Assembly (NCBI RefSeq): GCF_009914755.1
Contig: NC_060931.1
Reading direction: 5' to 3' (one strand)
Source of the DNA: the human T2T-CHM13v2.0 reference genome, Homo sapiens
Length of the DNA stretch: 64,000 nt
Shown here: one piece after another, positions 1-12,776 of the stretch
Layout of the letters: each line of letters starts with the position of its first letter
How positions within the stretch are numbered: position 1 is the first letter of the stretch
Made by a program: the position numbers and the translations under genes
Notes under the pieces: model-generated
Databases searched by the model: none
The model's input: only the letters and a program-made list of their open reading frames with translations
Told to the model about the DNA's origin: nothing

Positions 1-595
1 CTGTGATCTTAAGTAGCAGTTTAGTGAGGTTTGAAAACAAACTTTTCATTAACGCATTCATCCAATTAAAGTGACATAGTAGGTGGGACTACTGACACAG
101 ATTTAAGGATTACAGCTTTATATTAAAAGTCAGTCCAAAGATGGTAACTCAGAGTTCATTTGAGACCCTTTGACTTTTGGCTTTTAAAAATTGTGCCCCA
201 CTCGAGTACCAGATAGAACTACATTTAGCAACCGTCTCCTCCTGACTTCCTGGTACTAAAAGCCACAACCACAAGGGCTATTTCGTGGGTTTGCTGTAAA
301 ACAACATTTGCTCCAGTCAACTCACTGGAAAATAGACTATCTCTACTGAGTACCCGCTGAGGTGTGGGTGCTCACGATGTTTAAAAACAAAACCACGTGT
401 CTACGCGGCAGCGACACCGCAGGTGTTACGTGCCGGGTTTCTTCCCAGGATGGAGACCGGCGCGGGCTGGGCCGGGAAGCAGCCCCCGGCGCCCCGGCCG
501 AAGGAGAAAAGGAGAAGGGTAAAAATAGCCGGCGGCCACGGCCCACGTGCAGCCGCGGGAGGACCGAGCGCGGGCGCGTGGAGAGGGGTCCGTAC

Positions 596-1013
596 CTCCA
601 AACATGCGCGGTGAGAGGTGAGCTGGTAAGGAGCCGATCACCAGGAGCGGCCCGCCGGGGCTCCAGCCCACCGGCCGGTGCCGGCCGCCGCCGCCATCCT
701 CAGGGCTGCTGTGCACCGAGTCCTGCGAGTCCTACGGGCCGCTGCTGCTGTTCGGGATGCTGAAAGAGGACTGCGCCGCGAAGGCCCCCGACGCCACGCC
801 CCCCCGAGGAAACAGCTGCGGGGCCGCCGCGGCGCCGCCGGGCTGGTGAGCGCTGGGCACCTGGGCCGGGAACCTCCCCGCGGCGGCGGCCTCCGGCCCC
901 CGGCTCTGGTCCCGGTCCCATTGGCCACTCCGCTGCTACTGGAAGGTAGATCCGAGCCGAGTACGCGCGCGTGCGCCGTGAGCGGCGGCCAGGCCGCTCT
1001 GCTTGGCGCTCAT
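596..1013 (-). pseudogene. ZNRF2P2: Disabled copy of ZNRF2 (RING E3 ligase) coding exon 1; unprocessed partial duplicate
   Basis: The minus strand from ATG at 1013 reads MSAKQSGLAAAHG (parent recalled as MGAKQSGPAAANG). It continues across frameshifts as SDLPSSS..ANGT, AAAAGRFPAQVPSAHQP, FSIPNSSSGP*(TAG 734-732, parent Tyr)DSQDSVHSSPEDGGGGRHRPVGWSPGGPLLVIGSLPAHLSPRMFG. It ends at a phase-1 donor G|GTACGG (596/595). ZNRF2 homology is clear. The paralog number P2 is from recall of the DPY19L2P3 neighbourhood and is less certain. Confidence 0.9.
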
Positions 1014-1585
1014 GTCCGCCCTGCTCCGGACCGGGCCGCGCGCTGTGCCCCGAGAGCCAAGAAGGCAGGAGCGAACGCGGGAGCTAGAGGGCAGGGCCGA
1101 GGCGCTGCGGCCGGCCCAGAGAGGCCCCCGCACGTCCAGGGCCGCCGCCCGGCGCCCCGAGGGGCAGTCGGCGCCCGGCGCGCTCTTCTCGGGGCGGTGG
1201 GCAAGGCTGGCGGCCTGACGCGGGCGCGGGAGACGAGGAGACGCGGAGAAGAAGGTGTCCCGGCTGCAGGCACCCCTCGCTGTCTCCAGCAGGAAGGGGC
1301 GACTCAGGTGGCGGTGCGACTGCCGCTGGTTTCGGTTCTGGTGCGCCATGACGGGCCGCTGCCGCTTTCTGCCGCCGCGCTTGGCGCCCCGGGCCTCCGC
1401 ACCGCCTAGTCTCCGGCGGCCGCTGCTACCGCCGCCATCCTCCGGCTCCCACGGCGGCTGGCGGCTGAGTGGGAGGCGCCCGCCCAGACTCCGCCGGAGC
1501 CACCTTCCCTCCTCCCCCAGCCACCCAGCCGTTATTAACGGAGAAAGAGGAAAAACGGGTGGCGCGCGAGGGGAGGACGAAGAAT

Positions 1586-1601
1586 GGGAGGGAGGGAGGG
1601 G
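1586..1601 (+). other. Putative G-quadruplex GGGAGGGAGGGAGGGG
   Basis: Four G3 tracts with 1-nt loops at the distal edge of the CpG island. Confidence 0.7.
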
Positions 1602-1719
1602 TGGCCCGCGCTTCCCGGCAACCGTCGCTTCCCTCCCCCTGCGAGATTAATTTCACAGGGGATTAATTTCTCATTTACAAATAAAAATGTAAGTTTAGAA
1701 CAGAATGTTTTAACAAGGT

Positions 1720-1955
1720 AAAAGCATTCACTGCATACTATATGCCAGCACTATACTTAGGACATATAGGACATATACGACTGTATATGTGAGCGCTTAT
1801 CTCACTTCTCTTGTAGAATGGTTATTATTAAACTTATTTGAGAGGTGAAGTGATTGACAGCCGTTGAAGGATTACTTGAGACCATGGAAACTATAACTTG
1901 CAGAGTCAGAATTTGAGTTCAATTCTGACATCAAAGCTATGCTTTTCCTACTGTG
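1720..1955 (-). mobile_element. MIR SINE, degraded
   Basis: gagaggtgaagtgatt...cagagtcagaatttgagttc...ctgacatcaaagct resembles the MIR core. Boundaries approximate. Confidence 0.55.
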
Positions 1956-2123
1956 TCAACCTGCATAATAAAACTACACTTCTGAGACGAGGCAAGATGT
2001 TTTTGATGTTTAGTGATGTATATTACATTAACATTGATAATATGATCTCATTAGGTAGTATTGAGTAACTCTAATTTCATGCTTTAAATGCCTAGGGGGA
2101 GGACTGGAAAGATAATCACCAAC

Positions 2124-2440
2124 TTTTTTTTTTTTTTTTTTTGAGATGGAGTTTTGCTCTTGTCGCCCAGGCCAGAGTGCAGTCCTGTGATCTTGGCTCA
2201 CTGCAGCCTCTGCCTTCCGATTTCCAGCCTCTGCCTTCCGATTTCAAGTGATTCTCCTGCCTCAACCTCCTGAGTAGCTGGCATCACAGGCGCCTGCCAC
2301 CACGCCCAGCTAACTTTTGTATTTTTAGTAGAGATGGGGTTTCACTATGTTGGCCAGGCTGGTCTCGAACTCCTGACCTCATGATCCGCCCGCCTTGGCC
2401 TCCCAAAGTGCTGGGATTACAGGTGTGAGCCACCGCACCA
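2124..2440 (-). mobile_element. Alu (AluS-type) with internal 21-bp tandem duplication
   Basis: Poly-T followed by antisense Alu; cagcctctgccttccgatttc occurs twice (2204-2224, 2225-2245). Confidence 0.95.
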
Positions 2441-3102
2441 ATTACCAAAATATTAAAAATGGTTAGCTCTAAGAGGTGCTTGCTTTCTCTTTTCAACTCT
2501 TTATTTTTTGACATTTTCCCCCCAGTGATTTCACATTAGTTTCCCAGAATGTATAGTGTTATTTTTAAAAAACCTCTGAGACATGAACATTCTGTTGGAA
2601 ATTTTTTTCTGTTGTTATTTTTTCTTTGTCTTTGAACTTTTAAAAATAGCTTGCAGTTTGGAAACAATTGGTCAATTAAATCTTCTGCTTGGTTAAAATT
2701 GTAATGGGTACAGGTGCTATTATTCCATTCTGTTCCAGTTTTTATAATATATTTTATATATTTTATGAAGGAATAAATTCAAGGATCTAAATGAAGTGAA
2801 TTATGAAATGTTTCTATAAATCTTTGTATTTTTCTATTATCACCATATTTTAATTATATACTTTTATATTGACTTACTATTATTTATATTACAGAATTGG
2901 GTATCACATATATAATATTTTTCTATATAGAGGCATAATGTATAATTTTGAAGTGACTGATTCCTAAGTGAAATGATCTAAATAAATTTGTCAGAATTTA
3001 TAATGTCTAAGGCAACCATCACAAAATGGTATTTTGGAAAGATTATTATTATGAAGAGAATATATTTTCCTCCATTATCTCTTTGTTTTTATCTTTTTAA
3101 AG

Positions 3103-3223
3103 GTAATCATAGCCTCCTGGTATCGCACATCCATGGGAATACTGAATTTATTTGGACTAGAAACTAACACCTGCTGGAATGTCACCAGAATAGAACCTCT
3201 TAATGAAGTTCAAAGCTGTGAAG
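3103..3223 (+). pseudogene. DPY19L2-like exon 5 (121 nt)
   Basis: tttaaag|GTAATC...; [40 protein letters not shown](G). The donor reads GCATGT (non-canonical GC). Confidence 0.95.
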
Positions 3224-4199
3224 GCATGTTTCTTCCAAAAATGCTGTCATTTGTAAACATTCATAAACATTTAATAATATTATGATTCACTTTAAAGAAT
3301 TATTGTAAAATACTGTTGTTGATTTAAAAAAAAATTAGAACTGGCTCACCTCAATGAGTATTTTACATTTTAAAGTAGTTTTCTGAGAAGGCTGTGTACT
3401 TACAAATTTGAGTATAAATTTTGGAATTTGAGTATTAACATATCCCATTGTAAGGCAACCTTGACTATAAGTTAGTCTTCTATTTCAGAATGCGAAGATA
3501 CAGACAGATGTTTTTTGGGGTAGCTTCAATATATAAATTTTGAGGATAGATTAAAGAGTCAAATATCTATTTGTAATAGCTAATGTATAAATTTAATTAT
3601 GCATACATATTTAAAAATCGGATATGCAATAATAGATTGATTTAGAAACATTACTTTTTTATATATGCTCATAGTCCGTGAGTAGTATTAATAAAACTCT
3701 TCCTATTTATCTTCTACATTGGTTTCTTTGTCAAAGAACCACTTTTGGAGTCATCCAACAGCGTTCCAGGATACATAGTGGTCACTTCCATTTAAGATGT
3801 TTGCATTTCAGCACTTTTATAATTCAAATATGGTGCTGTCCCTTGAGACTCTTGTTGAGAGCCACATGTATCTCTTTTTATAACACTAACACTGTTGTTT
3901 TTTCTGCATTTCTTCAAATTCTTAACAACATGACTTATTATATTTTATGAATAAATTTTTAGACTTGTCTGTAACAACATTCAACTCTTGGAATATAAAC
4001 TAAATCTATTTTCCTTACATTTTTTACTGATTCCCTCAGTAAAAATAGAATTGATGAGGATGTTTGAGGGGCAATTATACTTTTTTGTGTACAATGTAAA
4101 GGATTGGAGAAAATGCCTCATAAAATGAGATACTTTGCAATGATTCAATCAGCTAGAAGGTGTGACCCTGTCTGAGTGGTGAAAATGATCACCTAAATA

Positions 4200-5220
4200 T
4201 GGTATTAATTACATTCCCAATAAGTGATAAGTTAGTGTTTGGCACTTGGGACACAGAGATGAACCAGCTAGACATGGGGCCTTACCTTCATAGAGTTTAT
4301 GCTGTAAGAGGTCTTTTAGCAGTTACAACTGTGAGGGATACTACAAATAAGAAAATAAGATTACTGACATTAGGAGTAAGAGGATAAGTATTTTAAGAAT
4401 AGGGAATAACATATTCAAATATCCTGAAGCAAGAGAGAACTGAAAGAAGGCTAGAATTCCTGGAAGTGATGGAGAAGAAAAATGATGTGAAATGGTGCTG
4501 GGAATATAAGCAAGGATCAGATCATGAAAGGCGTGCACTGGTGAAGGATTTTATACTTTATCCATTGAAGAATTTTAACAGAGTTTCATTTTAAAACATT
4601 ATTTAATCAATGGTATGGAAAGAATATTAGTAAAGGGACAAAAGTAGGTTCAGGGAGGCCAGGTAGGAGACTATTATATTCTCAGCAAGTGATTGCAGGA
4701 AAGATAATGTGGATATGCAGGAAAGATAATGTGGATAATGTGGGTTTGAGAGAGATTTTGGAAGTAGAATGGACAAGACTTGGTAATTGTTTGGTAAGAG
4801 AGGGGAAGGTGAGTGAAGAATCATGTGAAACACAGTTTGGTTTCTAGCTTAAGTAACTGAGCTCCTTTGAATGGTAGGAAACATTTGAACAGCAGCAGGT
4901 TTGTATTGTTATGTTTCATTGTGTATGCTTGAATTTGAGGTACTCGAGAGACCTCAGAGTGGGGGCATCAAGTGGCTATCTGGGTATAAGAATAAGGAGA
5001 AAGTTCTGGATTAAATGTAGAGTTGGAGTCATCTGTATATAGATCATTGGAGCCATGGATGTGGAAGAATTTCTTTATGGAGAATGTGCAGATGGAGAAA
5101 TGAAGGGAGCATATGACAGAGCCTAAGGTGGTCCAGTATTAAAGAGTGGTACATAAAACAAGAGAAATTACTGGAACTGATTGAAAGGAGTGACCAGAGA
5201 GGCAGGGGGAATCAGAAGGC
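4200..5220 (-). mobile_element. L2 LINE, degraded
   Basis: Purine-rich L2 motifs (cagggaggccaggtaggagactatt, gagttggagtcatctgtatatag). Includes a 22-bp tandem duplication at 4694-4737. Boundaries approximate. Confidence 0.65.
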
Positions 5221-5740
5221 CAGCCTTCAGACCTTGGCTCCAGCCAGTTAAAGTGAAATAACCTTTGACAAGTTGAATATTCTATGTTCTGTTTTCTTAA
5301 TCATAAGAAAAGTATTTTTATATCAGCTAATATCATAAACTTGTTCTGAGAAAAATGTGGGATGGTTGTAAAGTACATATTGCCACACACACGCACGATC
5401 TTCTATATGGAATATACTAAGATTCTAGCTATACATAATAATGGATCAAATGACTGGATCATTTCATATAGACTAAAGCTGTACCCTGAAGTCAAAACCA
5501 TATCTTAACTCTTCCTAGAGCCTAGCAAAAGATAAAAATAATGCAATGGATTTTCTTTTGTATTCATTAAGTGGTTCTACAGACAGTTCCAGACACTGAA
5601 CACTAGCAGCATCACCTAAATAAATGTGAATCCCCAACAAATCATTACAGTATAATAGTAATTCATTAGATGAAAGTACAAATGCAATTATAAAAAGTAT
5701 AAAGTGTAACTATATAATACCTCATTAAGGGTGAGCTTAC

Positions 5741-5812
5741 ATATGTGTATGTGTATATATACACACATATATACACACATACATATATGTGTTTGCATAC
5801 ACACACACACAC
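5741..5812. repeat. Compound (TA)/(TG)/(CA) microsatellite
   Basis: Alternating purine-pyrimidine tract. Confidence 0.85.
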
Positions 5813-5973
5813 AAACTCTTATAAGGGTAAAGAATTAAACACAGCGGCAATCTGGAAAGCAAATGCTTTGAGCAAATTCATAAGCTCTTGATTGCAAAGC
5901 ACTGAGATAATTATGCCCAATTGCTTTCGAGTCATATATTCATTAAACACTGATTATCTGTATCTTTTCAAAG

Positions 5974-6067
5974 GATTGGGAGATCCTGCTTGCTTTTATG
6001 TTGGTGTAGTCTTTATTTTAAATGGACTAATGATGGGATTGTTCTTCGTGTATGGAGCATACCTGAG
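5974..6067 (+). pseudogene. DPY19L2-like exon 6 (94 nt), donor destroyed
   Basis: ttcaaag|GATTGG...; (G)LGDPACFYVGVVFILNGLMMGLFFVYGAYL(S). It is followed by GAAAGA instead of a GT donor. Confidence 0.95.
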
Positions 6068-6559
6068 GAAAGACTACTACTGAATTAAGACACCTTTCAG
6101 TGGGCTTATACAGACCGGCTGATATTTTTTGATTGAATGAAAAGGAAAATTAACGAGATTAGATTCATATCAGGAAAGTTTGTGGATTTATTTGATTTTT
6201 TCAGAAGCTTAACCAATATCATGTAACCAGAAACTGGAGATGTCACTAAAATTCTATCTCAAAGGCATCCCTTTTATCCCTTAAGGATTTTTTTTTGACT
6301 AATTAAGATTTCCTAACAAAGGCTTTAATGGAATATCTCCTAGTTCATGTGTAAAATTAATAAAACATTGGAGGAGATCTTTGGTTAGCAGTAACAGCAG
6401 CTTATTTCTAATTGTATTCTCTAAGGATGAAATTAAGAAAGCAGTAGGAAAAACTGTATCACATGTGGCAGGCACTTACATCTACTAGCCTATCTTGATA
6501 AGAGTACCACGATGAAGAAGCAGTGAGACCGGTCTCAGGTGATAAGTTGAAATTAATTT

Positions 6560-6962
6560 CAACGGTCATGTGTTTTGCTCCCACACTTAATTGCTCCCTG
6601 AGATAGCCAAATCAGCGAGTTTTTGTCAATGAAAACTAAGGTGAAGTCAGTTTTGGTTACATCTAGGAAAGTATCTGCCTTTCTCACAAAGGACAGACTT
6701 AGCTGCCCCTTCTCTGTTTCTTCCTGCTTTTATTACACTAGGATGTCATGCCCAGAGCTGTAGCGGTCATCTTGTGACCATAAGGGAAAGGCCATAAAAA
6801 TAGCAGATATATCTGGCCTACCATCCTTCTGCTGCTGAACCAATGCCAACAGGTACTTATCTTTCATTTTCTTGTTGAATGATATAGTAAACAACATCCA
6901 TATTGTGTAAGCTACTTTTGTTAGGTTTTCTGTTTCTTTCAGTGGAACATATTCCTAGCTGA
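6560..6962 (+). mobile_element. Old MaLR LTR (MLT1-type), degraded
   Basis: gcggtcatcttgtgaccataagggaaaggcc and ggttttctgtt...catattcctagctgaa motifs typical of old MLT1 LTRs. Confidence 0.5.
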
Positions 6963-7299
6963 ATCATCAGATTTCTTTACAATGTTATTCTTGTCGTGTA
7001 AAACATTTAAAATTAAAATTAAAATTAATTAATAGTTTTGCTCTTTCAACAAATATTTGTTGAGTTTTCATAGGGCTTATGTCAATATAGAGATTAGTAA
7101 ATATACACACTCTTTGTTTTAGGAAGTTTTCAGCATAAAAAAGACTAGCATAGAATCAATGAAAACTAGTGACATAGTCAGTGTTGTACCAGGGATACTA
7201 TCCAGCATGGTACGTAAAAAGAAAATTAGTAATAAGTATAAGGATTAGAAAACTTGAAAAAAAAGAAATAAGTGTTCTTAAAAGTAGATTACATCATAT

Positions 7300-9170
7300 A
7301 TCTAGAAAAATTTTACAAGTTTATGGATACAGTATTTGCAATAAGAAAATATACAATGTTACTAGATGTAAACATTAATATTAAAATTCAAAATTATAAA
7401 TTTTATACTTTAGGATCAAATAGAAAATGAAATTTTGAAAGGATGCTATTTAGAATAGCATTAAAAGCATGACGTTCCTCAGAATAAATCCAACAAAAAA
7501 TATATATGATAGCTATGGGAAAATGATTAAAACATTCCTGAGATATGTCTAGGAAAATCTAAGTGGAGAGATATTCCACATTGATTGATTGAAGACTTGA
7601 TATTAAAAAGATTTGTAGATTCAATGCTCTACCAGTCAAAATTCCAACATATTTTTTGTTGACTTTGATGAACTGATTTAAAAGTTACTCAGAAATGCAA
7701 AGGGCCAAATACAGTCAAGGTATTCTTGAAAAAGGAGGATTTGCACTATCAACTGTTGCTATATTATAAAGCTAATGTAAAAAGACGCTGTGATATTGGC
7801 ACAGGAATAGACAAATAGATAACCGAAATAGAGTACAGCCCAGAAGCAGAAATGTACATTTAAAAGCATTTGATATATGGAAGAGCGGGTATTGCAGATT
7901 GGTGGGTAAGGACAGGCATTTTAAAAAATAGTCGTGGAATGATTGGGAGATCATATGGAACAAAGAAAACTTGGAACTATATAAATAATACTCCAAGCTG
8001 GATTAAACACTCAAATATGAAAGACAGATTTATAAAAGTGTTCAGCATATAATATAGAAAAATCACTTGGAATAAGAAATGATAAGCAAGATACAAAAAT
8101 CCAGCCATGAAGAGAAACTGATAAATTTGATGAGTTTATCAATTTTACCTCAGAAGAACTGTAGGATAAAAAAAACCTGAAAGTGAGTGAAGATATTTAC
8201 AAAGTGTACGCCCCACCTACTATCCAGAAATTCCATTCATTAATTTGATAAATATTTATTGAAAGCCTGTTGTGACCAGGAGCACTGTTCTAGGTGCTTG
8301 GAATACAGAAGAGAAATCTCTGTCCTTGTGAAGTTTATATTAGAGTGGGAAGATAAAGACAAAGAAGAAAGACAACTTGATAGAAAAATGGACAAAATGT
8401 TTATGAACTGATATTTCCCAGAAGAACACCAAATGGTCAATAAACATATGTAAAGTTGACCACCATCATTTGTCATAAACAAAATGTAAATTCAAACCAC
8501 AGTGAAATACCAACTCACATCTAATAGATTGATAAAGGAGCTTTCATCCACCACAGGTGGACATATAAATTGGTACAACTATTTTGGTAAACAGTGTATA
8601 TTATCTGGTAAAGTTGAAGGTATAGATACCTTATAACTCAGCAGTTCTAATTTAACATATATATTCCCAAAAAAGTATTGCACATGTGTACTAGGAAGTA
8701 CATACAATAATATGGTAGCATTATTTGCAATAGCTTCAAACTGGAAAGAACCCAAATATCCATTAACAGAGAAATGAATACATTTTGGTTTATTAACATG
8801 GTGGAACAGTATACAATAATGAGAATGAATGAACTATGCAGCTACACACAACATGGTTGAATCTTACAAATATAATTTTGAATGAGTGAATCCAGGTACA
8901 AAATTAAAAAAAATACTGCATTCTTCCATTTGTATGTTGTTTAAAAACAGATTAAAGTAAATCATAGTTTGATATGTGTATAGAAAGAGTTATGTTGATA
9001 ATCTCAAAAATCAGGTCAGTAGCTGATTCTTATCTTGGAGGCTTGCAAGTGAAGACTGAGTATAATCATTTCTCTATTTCAATTAATTATATGGTGACTA
9101 CATGGACGTTCCCTTTACAGTAGTTCTATAATCTAGAAATTTTATGCACTTTTCTATATGCCGTGTAGAA
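7300..9170 (+). mobile_element. Ancient L1M fragments (ORF2 end/3'UTR)
   Basis: Degenerate L1 motifs (tggcacaggaatagacaaatagat, aaactggaaagaacccaaatatcc) with no open frame. Confidence 0.7.
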
Positions 9171-9272
9171 AAATATAAGCTCATTAAAGTACTTTGAGGG
9201 AAAAGGATTGCTTTGAGATTGTTTGGGCAGGTTTAAAAATGTTCTATTTTTTTTAAAAAAGTTCTGTTTTTG

Positions 9273-9594
9273 GGCAAGGCGCAGTGGCTCATGCCTGTAA
9301 TCCAAGCACTTTGGGAGGCCGAGGCGGGCGGATCATGAGGTCAGGAGATCGAGACCATCCTGGCTAACATGGTGAAACCCCGTCTCTACCAAAAAAACAA
9401 AAAAAAAAATTAGCCGGGCATGGTGGCAGGCGCCTGTAATCCCAGCTACTCGGGAGGCTGAGGCAGAAGAATCGGCTTCAACTGGAGAGGCAGAGGTTGC
9501 AGTGAGCCGAGATCGCGCCACTGAACTCCAGCCTGCGTGACAGAGCGAGACTCCTTCTCAAACAAACAAAAAAACAAAAAGACAACAACAAAAG
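9273..9594 (+). mobile_element. Alu (AluY/AluSc-like)
   Basis: Dimeric Alu with ggagatcgagaccatcctggctaac and an A-rich tail. Confidence 0.95.
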
Positions 9595-9845
9595 AAATGG
9601 TTTTTATCTTTCATCTGATTTTTGTATTCTGCATTATTGCTTCTCTGGGACTCAAGTAAAGAATATTTGCAGTAGTTTAGACAGTTCTAAGTTAATGCTA
9701 CATGAAACTGTTTGAATCTTGTCTTTATCTCTCAATCCCTTAAATCCAATTTCAAAAATAAAAAGTTGCCTTTATTCAGGTTATTCAAAGGATGTGATCT
9801 AGACTCTAAAGTGCTAGCCTGTTTCTTAAAAATTACTTTATGCAG

Positions 9846-10158
<313 letters not shown>

Positions 10159-10391
10159 TTAGAAAGTATTTTAGCTATGATAAATTATAAAATTGAGATT
10201 ACTTTATATGTACACCTTTTAGGATTGTACATTCAGGATTTAAACATCAACCACATGGGTATGGTTTAGTACTATTATGTTTTAAATATGATTTAAACTA
10301 TGGTTTAAAATTCTGAGGTAATTTTGTGAAAAACTCACTATATTTTACATGAATTTTGATTGTATACTCTTATTATTATTATTTTTTACAG

Positions 10392-10449
10392 TGGGACTCA
10401 ACTAGGAGGTCTTATTACAGTACTGTGCTGCTTTTTCAACCATGGAGAG
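10392..10449 (+). pseudogene. DPY19L2-like exon 7 (58 nt)
   Basis: ttttacag|TGGGACT...GAG|gtttgt; GTQLGGLITVLCCFFNHGE. Confidence 0.95.
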
Positions 10450-11478
10450 GTTTGTTTTCTAGAAAGCAATTTTTAAGAAATAGAAGGGGTTTAGAGGAAC
10501 AAAGAAATATACTCATTGAAACAATATATAATTGTATACTACTTATGACTTCACAGTATTTCAGAGACCCTCGTGTTATAAGTTGATATTTTAATCATGC
10601 TGATTGAAATGTTTAAATAGCTAGAATTTCAAACATGAAATCTCTTGCCTTATTTTTAGTAAATATATACATATACATATATTCTGTAGAGAAAAGGAAA
10701 TACTGTACTTGTTGAGTTGAATCATGTCATGCACATTATCTGATTTATTCCCACTAAACTTTTTTTGTGGGTGGTGGTAGCCTCACCATACAAGTTATGA
10801 AATTTAAATTTAGAGAAAATTAAGTTACTTATCCACATTCTACATTTACTACATGATGAAGCTGGATTTCCCATTCTATGTCTGCCTCTAAAACCTCACA
10901 TATATATTAATTTATATTTTATTAATTATAAAATTATAGTTATATTTTATAAAAACTTTTATATATTTTATATGTATAACATATATATTCAGCTTTTTTA
11001 TTGTGGTAAGAATAAGTAACATGAGATCTGCCCTCTTAACAGATTTGTAAGTGTACAATACAGTGTTAACACAATGTTGTATAGCAGATCTCTAGAACTT
11101 ATTTATCTTGACTAACTGAAACTTTGTATGCATTGCACTCCCCTTAACAATAATGAAAGAGGCCTCAGGCCTGACAGCAGGGACACGGTTAAGACACTGC
11201 CACCTGCTCCCTCACTTCTTTGTGTTACATCATGCTGTCTGTTCAGTAATGCAAAATGCTGAATTCAAAATAGACATTAACTTACTAATTCAGCCCAGTG
11301 AAACATAGTCCACCTAAAAAAGAGCCCATAGAAGCTTATTTCAAATATGATGGATACATTCAACAAAATATTGGTATATACCATGTCCATACTCTGTTAG
11401 ATGCTGAGGATATGGCAATGAAAAAGAGAGAGATTCTGACTCCTAGCTCTTGGGAGCAAAATATTTAATATGTTATGA

Positions 11479-11796
<318 letters not shown>

Positions 11797-12776
11797 GGGG
11801 TAGAAGTACTTTTATCCATTGCTGTTGGGTTAATTTTTAAAAATCAGTTAGATAAAGGAATCATAAAAATTATACATAAAAGCCATATATATTATTTTAA
11901 AGCAAACAAATGCATTGACATTCAGCAATGTGCTGATTTAAAGACAAAGCTTTTTCTCTGAGTGTGCCAGACAACTGTTGGTATAAGTTGACTTTCTTTT
12001 ATGTATCACAATTCCTCTTCTAACATTTACAATTTTGGTATCTTGGAAGAGGAGCAATAACTTTTAAGACTCTTGCAAAGTAATAAGAATTCACATTCTT
12101 TCTAGAATTTCAGAATTTTTGATGGAAAATTTTTCTAATACTCTGACCCATATGTCTTAGAAGTAATTTTAAAGTTTGTGTGAAAATTTAATACTTTTGT
12201 TACATGCATCACATTTGTAGTTCCCAAATACTTCTAGTTGTTTTTAAAATATATACTTAACCTTTTTTAAGGTACATTTTACAAAATCTGAGGCAATCTT
12301 AGCTATTTAAAGTGTGTATTTATATTCGTTCATACTTGTTACATAGAAACTCTCATGGTGCTTGCGAATGACCTAGGTGACATTTGTTTAGGTGTTTGTC
12401 TTGGCATGCATATATCCCAAAGCCTGGGATGCCAGGATCATGTGCCAGGATCATACTGCAGGGCTGGACTATGTATCTAGTTGGTCAGTCTCAGAATTCT
12501 CACAACTCTTATACGTACAATCTTGTTTGTCCCTTGGGTTTCATTTTGCTCGGTCTGATATATCTGTTGCTGGTTTCTGGACATGGTAGTTAATTGCTCT
12601 CTACTTAATGGCCTCATGCGTTAAGAGAGCTTCAAAAACTGAGAAGCTATGCCAGACACTCAGAAATGGGATCTAGTGAGCCTAGTATTGAAATTACGAA
12701 AAAAAACTCACCCCTGGTTTTTAAATATGTTTGTTGTAGTAAACATGATGTAAAGTGGGCATTTTGTTGATTTCAG

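Larger units (their letters stand above)
380..1645. promoter_or_regulatory. CpG island derived from the ZNRF2 promoter/exon 1; candidate bidirectional promoter
   Basis: Very GC- and CpG-rich block with abundant unmutated CG dinucleotides and GC boxes. It ends abruptly in AT-rich DNA at ~1645 and contains the ZNRF2 exon-1 homology. Confidence 0.9.

Noticed and set aside
1-595. miR-550 hairpin expected in ZNRF2-derived intron 1
   Set aside because: I could not identify it within these 595 bp; if present it lies outside the window.
678-1409. 243-aa + strand ORF and other long ORFs in the CpG island
   Set aside because: Non-ATG start, low-complexity Ala/Arg/Gly/Pro composition, antisense to ZNRF2 exon 1. 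Long stop-free frames are expected in very GC-rich DNA.
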